This document shows, one piece after another, positions 12,311-25,754 of a stretch of 64,000 nt of DNA. The stretch is from Octopus sinensis (taxonomy: Eukaryota). Below the pieces are notes generated by a model. It ran no database searches. It saw nothing but the letters and a program-made list of their open reading frames with translations, and was not told where the DNA came from. The DNA lies in the NCBI RefSeq assembly GCF_006345805.1, contig NC_043005.1, positions 91,388,001 through 91,452,000 on the forward strand, read 5' to 3'. The position numbers and the translations under genes were made by a program. Numbering within the stretch: position 1 is the first letter of the stretch; every line of letters starts with the position of its first letter.

Positions 12311-15300
12311 CTGGGCAGGGAACACTGACGGGGTTGGGGGCGTGGGTATACTTCTCGCTGAAAAATGGGTAGATAAGGTAATTGAGGTAATCAGAGTATG
12401 TGACAGAATACTTAAGATTAGATTAGTGCTTCATCATGGATTAGCAACCATTATATCGGCCTATGCTCCTCAGCCAGGGCTACCCAATGGACAGAAAGAC
12501 CGATTCTATGACACTCTACTGCAGACTACCCCGTTGACAAACGACAGAGACCTTCTCTTTGTGGCTGGTGACTTCAACGGTCATGTTGGACGACATGCTT
12601 GGGGCTTCCATAGTGTACATGGAGGCTATGGTTATGGTTCCCGCATTGAGGAGGGAACCAGGCTGCTGGAGTTCTGCGATGCAAATGATCTTATGGTTTG
12701 CAACACTAACTTCAGGAAACCTACCAGCCACCTAGTCACCTACCGATCGGGTCAACATACCAGCCAAATTGACTACATCCTTGCCAGGAAAAGGGAAAGA
12801 TGGCTGCTTATAAATACCAAAACCTTCCCAGGCGAAGAATGTACCCCGCAACATAGACTGGTGGTTAGTGACTTTAGGATCAGGACTAAGAGGACGACCA
12901 ACATGGAGAAGAAGGATCTGGAAGCTTAAAGATCCTGCGAATGGTCAGAGATTTAGGGACATATTACTTGAAGCCTTTGACAAAGTAGAAGGAGATAGAG
13001 CTTCACATGGGGTAGAAGACAACTGGACGTTTCTAAGGGACAACCTGCTCAGAGCCACTGACCAGATCTGTGGCTGGTGCAAAGTCCCCTCTCGACCCAA
13101 CAATGTTGTAGACAGGGCTATTAGAGAAAAGAGACAGGCTTGGAAGGACTGGAAGAATGGTGGTAGCAGGGAATTGTATCAGACTGCCAAAAGGGAAGCT
13201 AGGAGACAGGTGTATTTAGCCAGAGGGGAAGCAGATAAGAAAAAATTTGCCAATGTTCTGCGCCATGAGGACCAAAGACTTGAGGTGTTTTGTGTCGCAA
13301 GACAGTATGTGAGAGAGAATCGTGATGTGGTAGGAGAGAAATGTGTTTGCATGGATGATGGTTCACTTGCACTAAATGAGGATGCAAAGAGAGAGGTTTG
13401 GAGACGCCACTATGAAAGGTTGCTGAATAAAGAAAATGAATGGGATAAAGAGAGTCTGCCGAATGTTGACCCAACAGAGGGACCAGCTATCCGAGTTGAC
13501 AGTTCCTTGGTAGTTAAGGCAATTAGAAGCATGAAGACAGGGAAAGCCCCAGGCCCATCAGGAATCACTGCAGAGATGCTCAAAATATCTGGTAGTGTCA
13601 GCTATAGCCTAGTCACCCGTATAGTTAATCAGGTGATACACGAAGGAGTCATACCCAATGACTGGTGTAGCAGCATAATAGTCAACTGCTACAAAGGTAA
13701 AGGTGACGCCCTAGATACAAATAATTACAGAGGTATCAAGCTGTTGGATCAGGTAATGAAGGTTACGGAGAGGGTCATAGCCCAACTAATTAAAGAGAGA
13801 GTTAGTTTAGATGAGATGCAGTTTGGGTTCGTGCCAGGGAAAAGTACCACTGATGCTATATTCCTGGTAAAGCAGCTGCAGGAGAAATACCTAACCAAAG
13901 ATAAGCCCCTGTACCTGGCTTTTGTTGACATGGAGAAAGCCTTCGGCTGGGTCCCCCGATCCCTTATCTTGTGGTCAATGAGGAAACTAGAATCAAAGGG
14001 CCTTAGAGTCAATCTAGCTAAAACCAAAGTCCTAATAAGTAGGAAGGTAGACAAATCACAAACGCCTTCAGGTAGATGGCCCTGCTCGATCTGTAGAAAA
14101 GGTGTAGGTAGAAACCCTATAAGATGCACCAAGTGTAAGCTATGGACACATAAGAGGTGCAGCAATGTCAAAGGAAGGCTAACTAGGAAGATAGTTTTTG
14201 TATGTGGCAGATGTTCAGGAGCAATAAACACTGAAAATGCACTGAGACCAACTTCTGCCACATTCCAGGGAGAAAAACTAGAAATAGTTGATAGCTTCCG
14301 TTACCTAGGTGACCAAGTCAGTAGCGGGGGCAGGTGTGCTGCAAGTGTAACTGCTAGAGTAAGAATAGCTTGGGCAAAGTTCAGAGAGCTCTTACCTCTG
14401 TTTGTGACAAAGGGCCACTCGCTCAGAGTAAAAGGTAGATTGTATGATGCATGTGTACAAACAGCCATGCTACATGGCAGTGAAACATGGGCTGTGACTG
14501 CTGAGGATATGCGTAAGCTTGCAAGAAATGAAGCCAGTATGCTCCGATGGATGTGTAATGTCAGTGTTCATACTCGACAGAGTGTAAGTACCTTGAGAGA
14601 AAAGTTGGGCCTAAGAAGCATCAGTTGTGGTGTGCAAGAGAGATGACTGCGCTGGTATGGTCATGTGGCGAGAATGGACGAGGATAGCTGTGTGAAAAAG
14701 TGCCACACCCTAGCGGTTGAGGGAACCTGTGGAAGAGGCAGACCCAGGAAAACCTGGGACGAAGTGGTGAAGCACGACCTTCGAACTTTAGGTCTCACCG
14801 AGGAAATGACTAGAGACCGAGACCTTTGGAAGTATGCTGTGTGTGAGAAGACCCGGCAGGACAAGTGAGACCATAACCCATGGCCTCTACATGGGATGTA
14901 GCCAGTCTACTTATGCATACCTTTCCTTCTTGGGACACAAAACTCTACTTGTGAAGACCTGTTGAGGCAAGTGGAAATCGAAATCGATCAACAACAATGG
15001 AAATTGCAGCTGTGTTACCAGTGCCGGTGGTATGTAAGAGAACCATCCGAACGTGGCCGTTGCCAGCCTCGCCTGGCCCCCCATGCTGGTGGCACGTAAA
15101 AAGCAGCGTCCGAGCGTGGCCGTTTGCCAGCCTCGTCTGGCACCTGTGCCGGTGGCATGTAAAAAGCACCCACTACACTCACGGAGTGGTTGGCATTAGG
15201 AAGGGCATCCAGCTGTAGAAACATTGCCAGATCAGACTGGGCCTGGTGCAGCCTTCTGGCTTCCCAGACCCCAGTTGAACCGTCCAACCCATCCTAGCAT

Positions 15301-15330
15301 AGAAAGCGGATGCTAAACGATGATGATGAT
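12311..15330 (+). mobile_element. 5'-truncated, internally deleted RTE LINE copy (non-functional)
   Basis: Starts inside APE (WAGNTDGVGGVG). Frameshift near 12890, 18-nt deletion near 13099, 282-nt in-frame RT deletion at 13990/13991, CGA>TGA stop at 14644-14646, then 3'UTR and (GAT)n tail. Confidence 0.93.
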
Positions 15331-15485
15331 ATGACGAGCTTCTTTCAGTTTCTGTCTACTAAATCCTCTCACAAGGCTTTGGTCGGTCTGAGGCTGTAGT
15401 AGAAGACACTTGCCCAAGGTGCAACACAGTGGGACTGAAACCGGAACCATGTGGTTAGTAAGCAAGTTACTAACCACACGGCCAC
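15331..15485 (-). mobile_element. CORE-like SINE, 5' half (tRNA-like head)
   Basis: Reverse complement gtggccgtgtggttagtaac...ggtttcagtccc...ccttgggcaagtgtcttctactacagcc; related fragments near 10740-10880, 11240-11370, 29575-29720 and 36780-36950. Confidence 0.72.
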
Positions 15486-16439
15486 TTATGAATATAATTC
15501 TAGAAGGGGGCTTTTAATATATGGCACCAGCATCATTGAGGAAAGGAAAAAATTCTGAACGATACCGCTAATTTGCAATTAGTTTAATTATGTCATCTGT
15601 ATTAATTAATGCAGTTATATCATGAAAATGAAAAAAATTTTAATATTATTTAGAAATTTTGGCAATCTTTTTTAACTCGAAGGCATGTGTGCGCAGCTCA
15701 GCTGTTACCTTATGGCATTCGGTAAATTCCATAAAAAATTTTTATTTTCGGGAGTGGTAATGTACATTTTGTTTGAAGTCAGCATAAAGTGAAAGAGAGA
15801 GGAAATGGACATGGATGTGTGTATGTATTTGCTGGAGGGGTGCAGGACAGAAAGTGTGTTGTGTGTGAGAGAGAGAAAGAGACAGTGTACATGTTTTTTC
15901 TGTGAATTTGTGAGTGATTGACTGAGAGAGAGAGAGGGGGGTGTATGTGATAGAGAGAGAGAGAGAGTAATAGCGTAAATTTTACTTAGCTACTTATACA
16001 TGCATGCAAAAAAAAAATTGTCATAAGAACACACACCTTTTTGTATCTCACATGCACACATAAAAACACGTATGCATATGTATTTGTGTGCATGTGTGGC
16101 TGACCCTAACCATTTTACACATACATGGCAACACCTCTCTCTTTCTCTCTCTCTCTTTCTCAGTCAATCATTCACACACTCACTCACTAAAAAAGATGCG
16201 AGAAAAACTAAATAAATAAAATTTACGCTATCACTCTCTCTCTCTCTTTCACAACACATCTCTCTCTCTCTCTCACACACACAGCAACACACTCTCTCTC
16301 TCTCTGACAACACACACCTCTTTCTCTCTCAATCAATCAATCACTCACTCAAAAATGCAAGGAAAAAATAAATTTAAAAAATGTATGCTGCAGTCTCTCT
16401 CTCTCCCTCACACACACAACACACACGCTCTCTCTCTTA

Positions 16440-16482
<43 letters not shown>

Positions 16483-16585
16483 TGCACACTTCGAATTTAT
16501 TATTCAATTTTCAATAAGGTAAAATCTTAAATTATTAATTGGCATATTATTAATTAGCATAATAGCATAGCCTGGAAAAACATGG

Positions 16586-17443
16586 ATTACATGGAAAAAG
16601 GCAAGTGAGAGAAATAATATTCTTAAGATTATAAACAAGGAAAAGTACAGAACAAGTTATTACACTTGGAAAAGTTCAGGATAAGTTATTATATCTGGTA
16701 AAGTACAAAACAAGAAATATTTTTACTTAAAATATTGCAGCTAAGGATAAAATTTGAAAATTAAAAACATAGTTTGATTTACATTTACAAAGTAACATTA
16801 TAATTAGAAAAGGTACCATCATTTTGTTAAAATATTGACACACTAGAATACTTAAAAAATGAGAGCTAGAAGTACCAATATAGCTAAAGTTTTATGCAAA
16901 GTAGAATAGTATATATGGTAGGCAAATTCATTATGTAAAAAATTGGCATTGGGAAAAGACTAAAAATGTGAAGACTTGGCAAGAACTTAGGCAATGACTC
17001 AAGCAAATTTTATTGTGAATTTGTTGTTATAGGTAGATTTTACTGTAATATATAACTAATTTTTGTATTATTCTATTTTTTTGTACGAACTAATTATGTA
17101 CTACTAATATTTTTTATAACCTATTTTCAAATTTCTAATCATTAATTAATAATTTAAAAAATGAATTTTTTTGAAGTACAAAAAATATTTCAATTGAGTT
17201 ATTTTTAATTTTTTATGGAAATAACAAATAGAAGTAATAACTTGTAATAGAATTTTTAGTTTTAATAAAAGCTAATATTTTCTAAATCTAAATATTTTAT
17301 TTGAAATTTTATCCTTAGCTGCAATATTTTAAGTAAAAATTTTCTTGTTCTGTACTTTACCAGATATAATAACTTGTCCTGTACTTTTCCAGGTTTATAA
17401 TCCTAAGAATATTATTTATCTTGCTCGCATTTTTCCATGTAAT
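16586..17443. mobile_element. MITE-like element with ~160-200-bp terminal inverted repeats
   Basis: attacatggaaaaa...ttttacttaaaatattgcagctaaggataaaattt (16586-16790) is the reverse complement of aaattttatccttagctgcaatattttaagtaaaaa...tttttccatgtaat (17285-17443). Ends read TA-CATGG...CCATG-TA. Confidence 0.8.
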
Positions 17444-17529
17444 AACTATTTGTTTAACTTTATGAACTATATATAGTAATATACATGCTGAATGATTTAA
17501 TAATTTGTTTTCATTTTGTTTGTTTGCAG

Positions 17530-17617
17530 TCCTACTTTGTCACAGACTATGATCCCACTATTGAAGATTCCTATACAAAGCAATGTCAAATAGATAGTAT
17601 AGTAGCACGCTTAGACA
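17530..17617 (+). CDS. RRAS2: R-Ras2-like exon 2 (effector/switch I region)
   Basis: tttgtttgcag|TCCTAC...TTAGACA|gtaagt; encodes [29 protein letters not shown]; 88 nt. Confidence 0.96.
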
Positions 17618-17896
17618 GTAAGTATTTAAGTCTTGCTTCTATAAATTGGCTTAGCCCTCCTGCTTTTGTGTGTGCATGTGTGTGGTAGAGTTGATGAGTG
17701 ATACATGGGCTGTCATAAGCATCCAAACCATATTCACAATTGACAAATGAAGGATGGTTTTATTGTAGTACTGCTACTTCGACTTTTCTTATAAGACTAC
17801 CTGGAAATATGTCTTCTGGAAGCTTTAGTTATGCAACAACTTGCTATCTCTCTAAAACAACTATATTCTAAATATACATTTCACTAACAAGGTTTG

Positions 17897-18580
17897 CATC
17901 ATCATCATCGTTTAACGTCCGCTTTCCATGCTAGCATGGGTTGGACGATTTTGACTGAGGTCTGGCGAACCAGATGGCTGCACCAGGCTTCAATCTTGAT
18001 CTGGCAGTTTCTACAGCTGGATGCCTACCACTCCAAGAGTGTAGTGGGTGCTTTTTATGTGCCACCACCACGGGGGCCTGTCAGGCGGTACTGGCAATGA
18101 CCTCACTCAAATCTTTTTACACATGCCACTGGCACAGGTGCCAGTAAGGCGACATTGGTAATGATCACGCTCGAATGGTGCCCTTTTACGTGCCACCAGT
18201 ACGGAACCAGTTGGCTGCTCTGGCAACGATCATGCTCGGATGGTGCTCTCGGCACCCTACTAGCATGGCCACAAGTGCTATTAAGGCGACGCTGGTAACG
18301 ATCACACTCGATTGGTGCCTTTTATGTGCCACTGGCATGGAAGCCGGTTAGCCACTCTGTCAACGATCACACTTGTATGGTGCTCTTTGCACCTCACTAG
18401 CACGGATGCCAGTCGTCAATTTTGATTTTGATATCTCTTGCCTCAACAGGTCTTCACAAGCAGAGTTTAGTGTCCAAAGAAGGAAAAGGTATACATAAGC
18501 GGGCTGGTTACGCTCCTGGCATAGGCCACAGGTTATGGTCTCATTTGGCTTGCCGGGTCTTCTCAAGCACAGCATATTTC
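17897..18580 (-). mobile_element. RTE 3' end (ORF end plus 3'UTR with five hairpin units), older subfamily
   Basis: Reverse complement reads gaaatatgctgtgcttgagaagacccggcaag (KYAV.EKTRQ) ... ccaacccatgctagcatggaaagcggacgttaaacgatgatgatg. Confidence 0.85.
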
Positions 18581-20223
18581 CATATTTTCTTGGAGAATAA
18601 CAGAATTATGTGCAAGCTCGGTGACTCTTGTAATGTAGAGTAGCTTATTTTACATTGGTGACTCAAATAGCTAGTTCAGCAGCTAAACTTCTCAAAACTG
18701 AATTTTCTCAAGCAATGGGACCACAGGTTCCAAATTTTGAATCAGCAGAGAACCAACTAGGCACATAAGTAGTAGCTGCAAGTGAAAGACTAACTCAGTG
18801 GTTCTCACCCAGGGTCCTCATCACCCTTCAGCATCCATCTAAGATTTTGTTGTTAAAATTTGCTTGCAATAAACTGGTTATACTCCTATAATACACAAAC
18901 TATTTTAGCAATTTTTTTTATACAGTTTCTAAATTTAATTATAAAAATATAATAGGATTTTTAAAAACATCAAATGGTTGTGGAGATCTAGTAGAGTAAA
19001 ATAGGAATTAAAGAAGTCCATAGGAACAAAAATGGTTGAGATCCAGTGCTAACTCAATCTATTCAGCTAAACTATTTTACACCTGTCACTCCAGATTTTA
19101 TTTTGGTGATGGAGAAGGCATGTTTGAGTGCTAATCAATGTTGTTATTTGATGAATTGCTAAGTAACTTGGCTGTTTTGAATTTTCAAGAACCACATTGT
19201 TCAGTACCTTTATGGTTAAGTTTAAAATGTTGTCCTTGACTTATCAAAACTTTAAGCTTCAGAGATACCCCTTTCCCTCGACCTTCCACTCACCCTTGCA
19301 AATATATCCCTCTCCACTTGCTTTCTCACAATCCCTCCTAACACCCCTCCCTCTACCTGTGCCTACCCACTACATTCCCCCTATCCAGTTCCTGGTCCAC
19401 TTTCCTGTATACACCTCCCTGTAACTTGAGTATACTCCACATATCTTTTCCATCTTTCTTCTCTCCTCTCTCTCTCCATCCTCTCTACTCTCTCTCTCTC
19501 CACTCACCCTTTCCACTCTCTCTTTCTCTCCTTTTGCTCCCTCCACACTCTGTCTACTGTCTCTCTACTCACTCACTCTCTCTCTCTCTTCATTCTCTCC
19601 ACTCTCTCTGTTCACTCTCTCTCTCTCTCTAACTAAGGTTGCCATGTGTCTCCCTCACTGCAACACACCTATTTCTGTCCCTGTATTCATACTCTGTATT
19701 CTCATCACCTTGCACAAAGCCACCTCCCTCAACACTGCTTCCCTCCTCAGTTGAAGGGTCTTGTCTTGCAGATTACTTGGTGACCTCTCTGCTACTGGTG
19801 CCACATAAGAAGCACCAAGTACACTCTGTAAAGTGGTTGGTGTTCAGAAGAGCATCCACCCATAGAAACTATGCCGAAGCAGGTAGTAGAGCTTAGCACA
19901 CTCTTCTAATTTGCCATCTTCTGTCAAATTGTCCAACCCATACCAGTAGGAAAAGAGGATGTTAAATGATAATGATATGTTTAAAATGTTTGACTGGATA
20001 AAAATCAGTTTTGTGAGCAAGCAATGACTTAATAGTCTTAAGTATCTAATTAACTAATTATTTTCTGGCTTGAAACTCTGCATCTGAAATACAGTAATGT
20101 CTAGAAACTTTCATATAATGGGGTTATGACCTACCACCTGTAACAATTGATTACTCTTGTAGTATTCGTCAGTATTTACAGGACCAACGAAAAAATAGTG
20201 AACATTATCTCTCCCACTTAATC

Positions 20224-20274
<51 letters not shown>

Positions 20275-20733
20275 TAAAACACCAGTTGATATTCCAAGCA
20301 CAAACTTTGTGCTAGATTACTAGCTGCATCCAATAAATCCTAATGAATAGAAACTGAGTTTAATTGATGCATTTGTATTGAACTTGGCAAAGATTACTGT
20401 ATAGTCGGAGAAAATTCATGCGGTATGGTGTATCTAGCTTGAAAGATGTCTGTTGCTTATGTACTTTCATAATTACTGTTATGCTACTTGACCATTCAAA
20501 CTCACCTGACAGGGGTGATTTCATCTTCAACAGGAGCAGAAAGTTACAACCCCAATCTGATTAATGATTGCGTGTCCACATGGTTAGAATTTTGTTGTTT
20601 ATTCATGATTAGTGTTTTATCAAAGGTACAAACAAAACTTAACCTGCATAAAACATCATGCAAGAAATTTAAGATGAGTTAGTGGTATTTCTATGTTACT
20701 CTGATATGATCTTATTGCCTCATTAGTGTCATG

Positions 20734-20900
20734 ATCATCATCGTTTAACGTCCGTTTTCCATGCTAGCACAGGTTGGATGGTTTAACCGGGGTCTGGGAA
20801 GCCAGAAGGCTGCACCAGGGTCCAGTCTGATCTGGCAGTGTTTCTACAGCTGGATGCCCTTCCTAACATCAACCACTCCATGAGTGTAGTGGGTGCTTGA
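20734..20900 (-). mobile_element. RTE 3'UTR fragment
   Basis: catcatcgtttaacgtccgttttccatgctagc...gagtgtagtgggtgc. Confidence 0.8.
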
Positions 20901-22211
20901 TAAAAGTAGGTTGTGGCGCCCCTAATAGAAATATGTTTGTAGCATAACTGGTGAGGATTATTACTACACATATTTTATAAAAATTTTAGGTAGATTTCAA
21001 TAAATATATCTATAAACTGTCTCATTGGATAAAGATATTGAAATCCATGATTTGTTGTATGTATTTCCACCAGATAAGACTGAACTCAAAACACTCACAT
21101 CATCATCATCGTCGTTTAATGACCAGAAAATATACTCATTCAAATGCTATTTGAATAAATCTGCAAAATATATCGTAAATAGCCCAATCAATTTTTACTA
21201 CCTAGGCAGATTTTAAAATTGTCAGAGTTGTTAAGTTATTTGTACACATACTCATACATATGAGGATTAGAGGGCTTGTGTGGCACATGGAATAATGCTG
21301 TTGGCTCTTTTATTTATTTTATTTATATTTATTTTCTTTTTTTTTTGTGTGTGTGTGTGTGTGTACATCTACTTTTACTTTAAAATGAAAATTTGCCTTT
21401 TTCTTTATCACAAGTTTCATAAATCAAAATTGGTGGAAATTCTTCAAATGTTTTAATATTTTTGACAATAATTGTTGTCTCTGCTTAACCAACCTAAAAC
21501 TGTTTTAAACTCCTATTTTGTTCGTTTGAAAATTCAGTAATTCTGTCTGTCCCTCTCTTCCTCCTTTTAGCTCTGCCACACCACACTCCTTTACAAGTTT
21601 CCTTATACATTAGGTTTCTGACAGAGACACACCCACAAAGAATTTATAACATTCTTCTGGGTAGGTATGGGCACACATTTTTTAAGCCCTGTTTAAAAGA
21701 ACTACTGTTGGAATTCCCAGCCAGGACTGTAATATGAATCCCTTTTAATGCTAGAGCAGGTCCTAATGGTTTCCAGCACCTGTTGTTAGTTTCCATTTGC
21801 TATTTTCTCCAGCTCAATGGTTTGCAAATGTCACTCAAAGATTTCTTTAAATGTACATTAATTACTGTTTTCCTCTCTCTCTATTCAAAATATTCCATAC
21901 TTTTATATGTATATGTGTCTATATGTAATTATACATATTCAGATTTGTTCATACTGTATAAAGCATGTGGTTATGTATGTATAAATAAACTGTAATTATC
22001 CAGTAAAACTCATACACATACAGGAATTGCATACATACATATCTCTGAAGCAACTAGTTATATTCCATCAAGACATGCTATTTCAGAATGAAGATTTGTT
22101 TGTTTTTATAATTCTTTTTCTATTTAGTTTCTGTAAAAAAAAAATTAATAATAATAAACTCTGTGAAATAAAATTCCTTCTGATTGAACTTTTTTGAATT
22201 TAAGTTGTGTG

Positions 22212-22246
<35 letters not shown>

Positions 22247-25200
22247 GTCTAATTTTGGCAAAATCTTGTGTTTCTCTCTCTCTCTCTCCTTTTTTTTAAT
22301 TATTCTATTTGTTCATTTATTTATACTTTTATATATTTATGCTTGTAAAGACGGCTAACCTTATTAGTTCTGGAGAAATCTGATGCCAACTTGACGTCAG
22401 TAAGTTAGGGACTGGGAAATTGACTGAAAATGGTTCAAAGCTTTGTTACACATGCTGATATTGTAAAGCTAAAAGCTCAACTTTTACCAATTATGAGATT
22501 GAAACACTTCTATCCTGTTATTTATTTATTTCATTACCCCCCAGACATGTCAGCATAGCCTAGACAAGCCTACAGTGAAGGCCTTTATGTGGATGCTCAA
22601 CCTGCTAGAAATAGCAGCTGAATTTTCTTCATGTCCTACCATCTTAAAAAGATGTACATATTGGATAATGTAGACATGGATTACTATGCCTTAATAAAAG
22701 GGGAGACGAACATCTTTGAACATCTGATTTCTCTGGGTACTTACCTGTGACTAAATGACATAGCCTAGAAGTAAAAAGTATTAGCTTGTTGCTGACAATG
22801 TGGTTCAACACTTTCATTTAATCATCAAAAGCTATAACATTGGTTTATAGTTCGTATCAGTTAGGTTATAGGATCCAGTCTGGAGTGGTCAGCTGTGTCT
22901 CTTCTCATTGGGTTTGATGCAATAATAAGTACCAGTAATTTCTGGTGGCAAACTAGAGTGATGTAGACTTCACTACATTTATTGCTTATCTTTCTTTTAA
23001 GGAATTGAACTGAAATCAGAAGTTAACCTAGTAAACTTGATACTTGTCACGAAACATTTGATAGATCATATGTTTCCATGCTGCTTATGCAAATAAGGGG
23101 TTGGCTAGGCTCTGTTGCACTTCCTACTACTATTTCTCATAAGAATATGTGAAAGTAGGTAGTTACACAGACTTGTCTAAATTATATTAAACCTGAAAAA
23201 AAAAAAAGGTAATAAATCAATGGTGATGAGATATGTCAACATGCAAATTATAAAACATTAAATTTCTGGAACAACTGGATCTTCCTTTTTTAGAAGATTG
23301 ATAAAAACTTTCTAAATTAAAAGTGAAAAGTAAATTTTTCCAAGTTGACAAGTTTTTGTCAATTTTCTTTTAAAACAAACAACAAAAAAAAAACAGAGCC
23401 TAATTATATATCTTTTGATTGAATCTTATACATTTTCTTACTTTGTCATTCACTGCTGATATCTGGAACTGAAACAGCAGTCAAGAACTTGATGGGATGT
23501 TTCTGTGACTCAAGAAGGTCATTGCTAAATTTTTTATTCATTTCCTTCTTGTTCATCTCCTATCCTCTTGCTCAAATTTCATATTATATTTTGGAGTTAT
23601 GAGAAGCTAGCTAATTTTATAACCCTTTCCATAAGTTAACCATTTAATGCTCTGAAGCTGTATGTATGCTATCATTCTAACCATTTTGTTTCTGATCTCT
23701 CTTGATTTTGTTTGCAATTTTATGAAGGTTATTTAATCTTGTGTGCAAATATTTTTCTCTGATTCTCAGTTCTAGAGCTAATGCTAGTAAATCAAGCATG
23801 ACAGAAAGTAGGGGTTATTCAACTGGTCTTCGGTGTTCTTAGGAAAGTTCAAGTATCTCACAGGGGAAGCTAACTGAAAGCAAACATTGTCAGTCTTTTA
23901 TATCCTTATTTCAATCTTCCGCTTTGCTATTCTGTTTAATGGTGCTACCAGGGTAACTGTGATTCTATTTTTGTTATTAATGATTGTCCGGGTGTTGTAA
24001 TATTCACAGGCTTCATTAAGATTATATGCAGTTGTTGTCCCCCCCCCCCAGCCATATGAAAAACAAATTATCCTTAATTGATTTTTGATTTTTTTTTTCT
24101 TCTCAAAATATTTCTTAATTATTTCTTAATTGAGTTTGACTCTTTAAAACAAATGGAATTACATGCAATGTCCCCACAAAGCAATGCAAATATCTCCATC
24201 AGAATATGAAGGTGCAAGGAGTCGACATTATTAAAAATCTCCTAATGCTAATAATTCTTAACCTTTCCAAAATCAAAAAGACTGTTTAGTCATGTGAATA
24301 ACCTAATGTAAGGTAGAAATGCAGTTAATTAATTAAGCATTTAGTGAAGCAAGCCAACAGCTCAACATTACTGGTTGGAAGAAGGAATCTATGAAACCAC
24401 TCTGTTCAAATAATCTTTAGTAGACATGATGTGACTGTGTTTAATATGCTTTCAGAACTGATTTACTATACTTATACCCTAATAATGTGCTTTGGGAGTG
24501 TTGCCAAACTTGCCTGTTAAGACCATCAAACCAATGTCAATAGGGACAATGGATATTATAAATAATGATTTCATATATTGGTGCAAAACCTTAGAATAGA
24601 TTGTGGTATTGTTCCTGTCTGAAAGGCATTAAATGTTACAAGTGGAATATTTCCAACTTGGAATCACATACATTTGTGATCCCAGTTTCAGAGCTTACCC
24701 TAGTACCATGACACTCAGTTAATATCATAAATAATGAGTCATAATGTTGAGTAGAACAGTGTCAACTTCTAAAGAGTTAAGTGTACATACTTGAGCTGTA
24801 TCTACTAAATGGTATTGGTATCCCTTGCTCCACTTCCTGGCAACAACAGAGCTGGTAAGAAGTAAAAGCAAATGACTGGGTGATATGACACTATGTAGAA
24901 ATTGGGAAGTACATGACAACAACATATCAATAAATGATTTATTTCTAGAGAGATTGTTGGTTCATAACTTCACTTTGGCTATTGTAAGGAGCAGTAAACT
25001 ATAATAAGAAGTCAATAGAAGAATGAAAGTGAAATAGTGTTGCTGTTGTTGTTGTTGGATAGCTGGCTAATAAAAATGAATATAAGTTAGCTATAATAAT
25101 AATAATATTATCACTCACATAATAGAGATATTGTGGATCCTTGTGGTACCAATATATAATGTTCTAATACATAATGACAGATTAGGCAATATTTATGCAA

Positions 25201-25754
25201 GTATATGATGATATTCTTTTGATAAAACTCACCAATTAAGATGTTTGTTTAGTCACTAAATCTTTTTAGCAATATTTCCAAGAGAACTTTTGAATATGCA
25301 TATTGGTATTCATTAAAGAATTATCAACAATTAGGTTGTGTTAGGTGACTTTATAATTGATGACTAAATTGTGCAGCTCAGTGAGCCCTAAAAATCAGTT
25401 AAGTAATTAGAAAGGATACTTTTTCCCTTCATATAAGAAAATTATAAAATTTGATCTTATGAACTTCCAAATATAATTGAAGGAAAATTTGTATTTTCCT
25501 GTACTTGTGTTGAATGGATTCGTTTCAAACAACTACCATTCATTGCTGTATAAATAACTAAACAGATCCAGTTTGAAACCAGCCCATGTTCTATTTAGGT
25601 GAAACTAGATACTTTGACTCCTAATCAAAGTAAGGCTAACAGTCATATATTCATTCGTCTACTTTTGAGTTTGATTAATAACAATAAATATTATTAGATT
25701 GTTATATGTACAGTGAACAATAAGAATCAAAATGACTTGTATATCTATTCTTAA

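Noticed and set aside
13990-13991. RT-core deletion as a spliced-out intron
   Set aside because: The missing segment would begin GG rather than GT; microhomology explains it better.
1-17529. Ras exon 1 (YKLVVVGGGGVGKSALT-like P-loop)
   Set aside because: No matching coding sequence found by eye; G-rich candidates near 2420 and 4725 do not translate to a P-loop.
23400-24960. Possible highly decayed LINE coding sequence
   Set aside because: No convincing ordered RT or endonuclease motifs could be recovered by eye; it would need TBLASTX.
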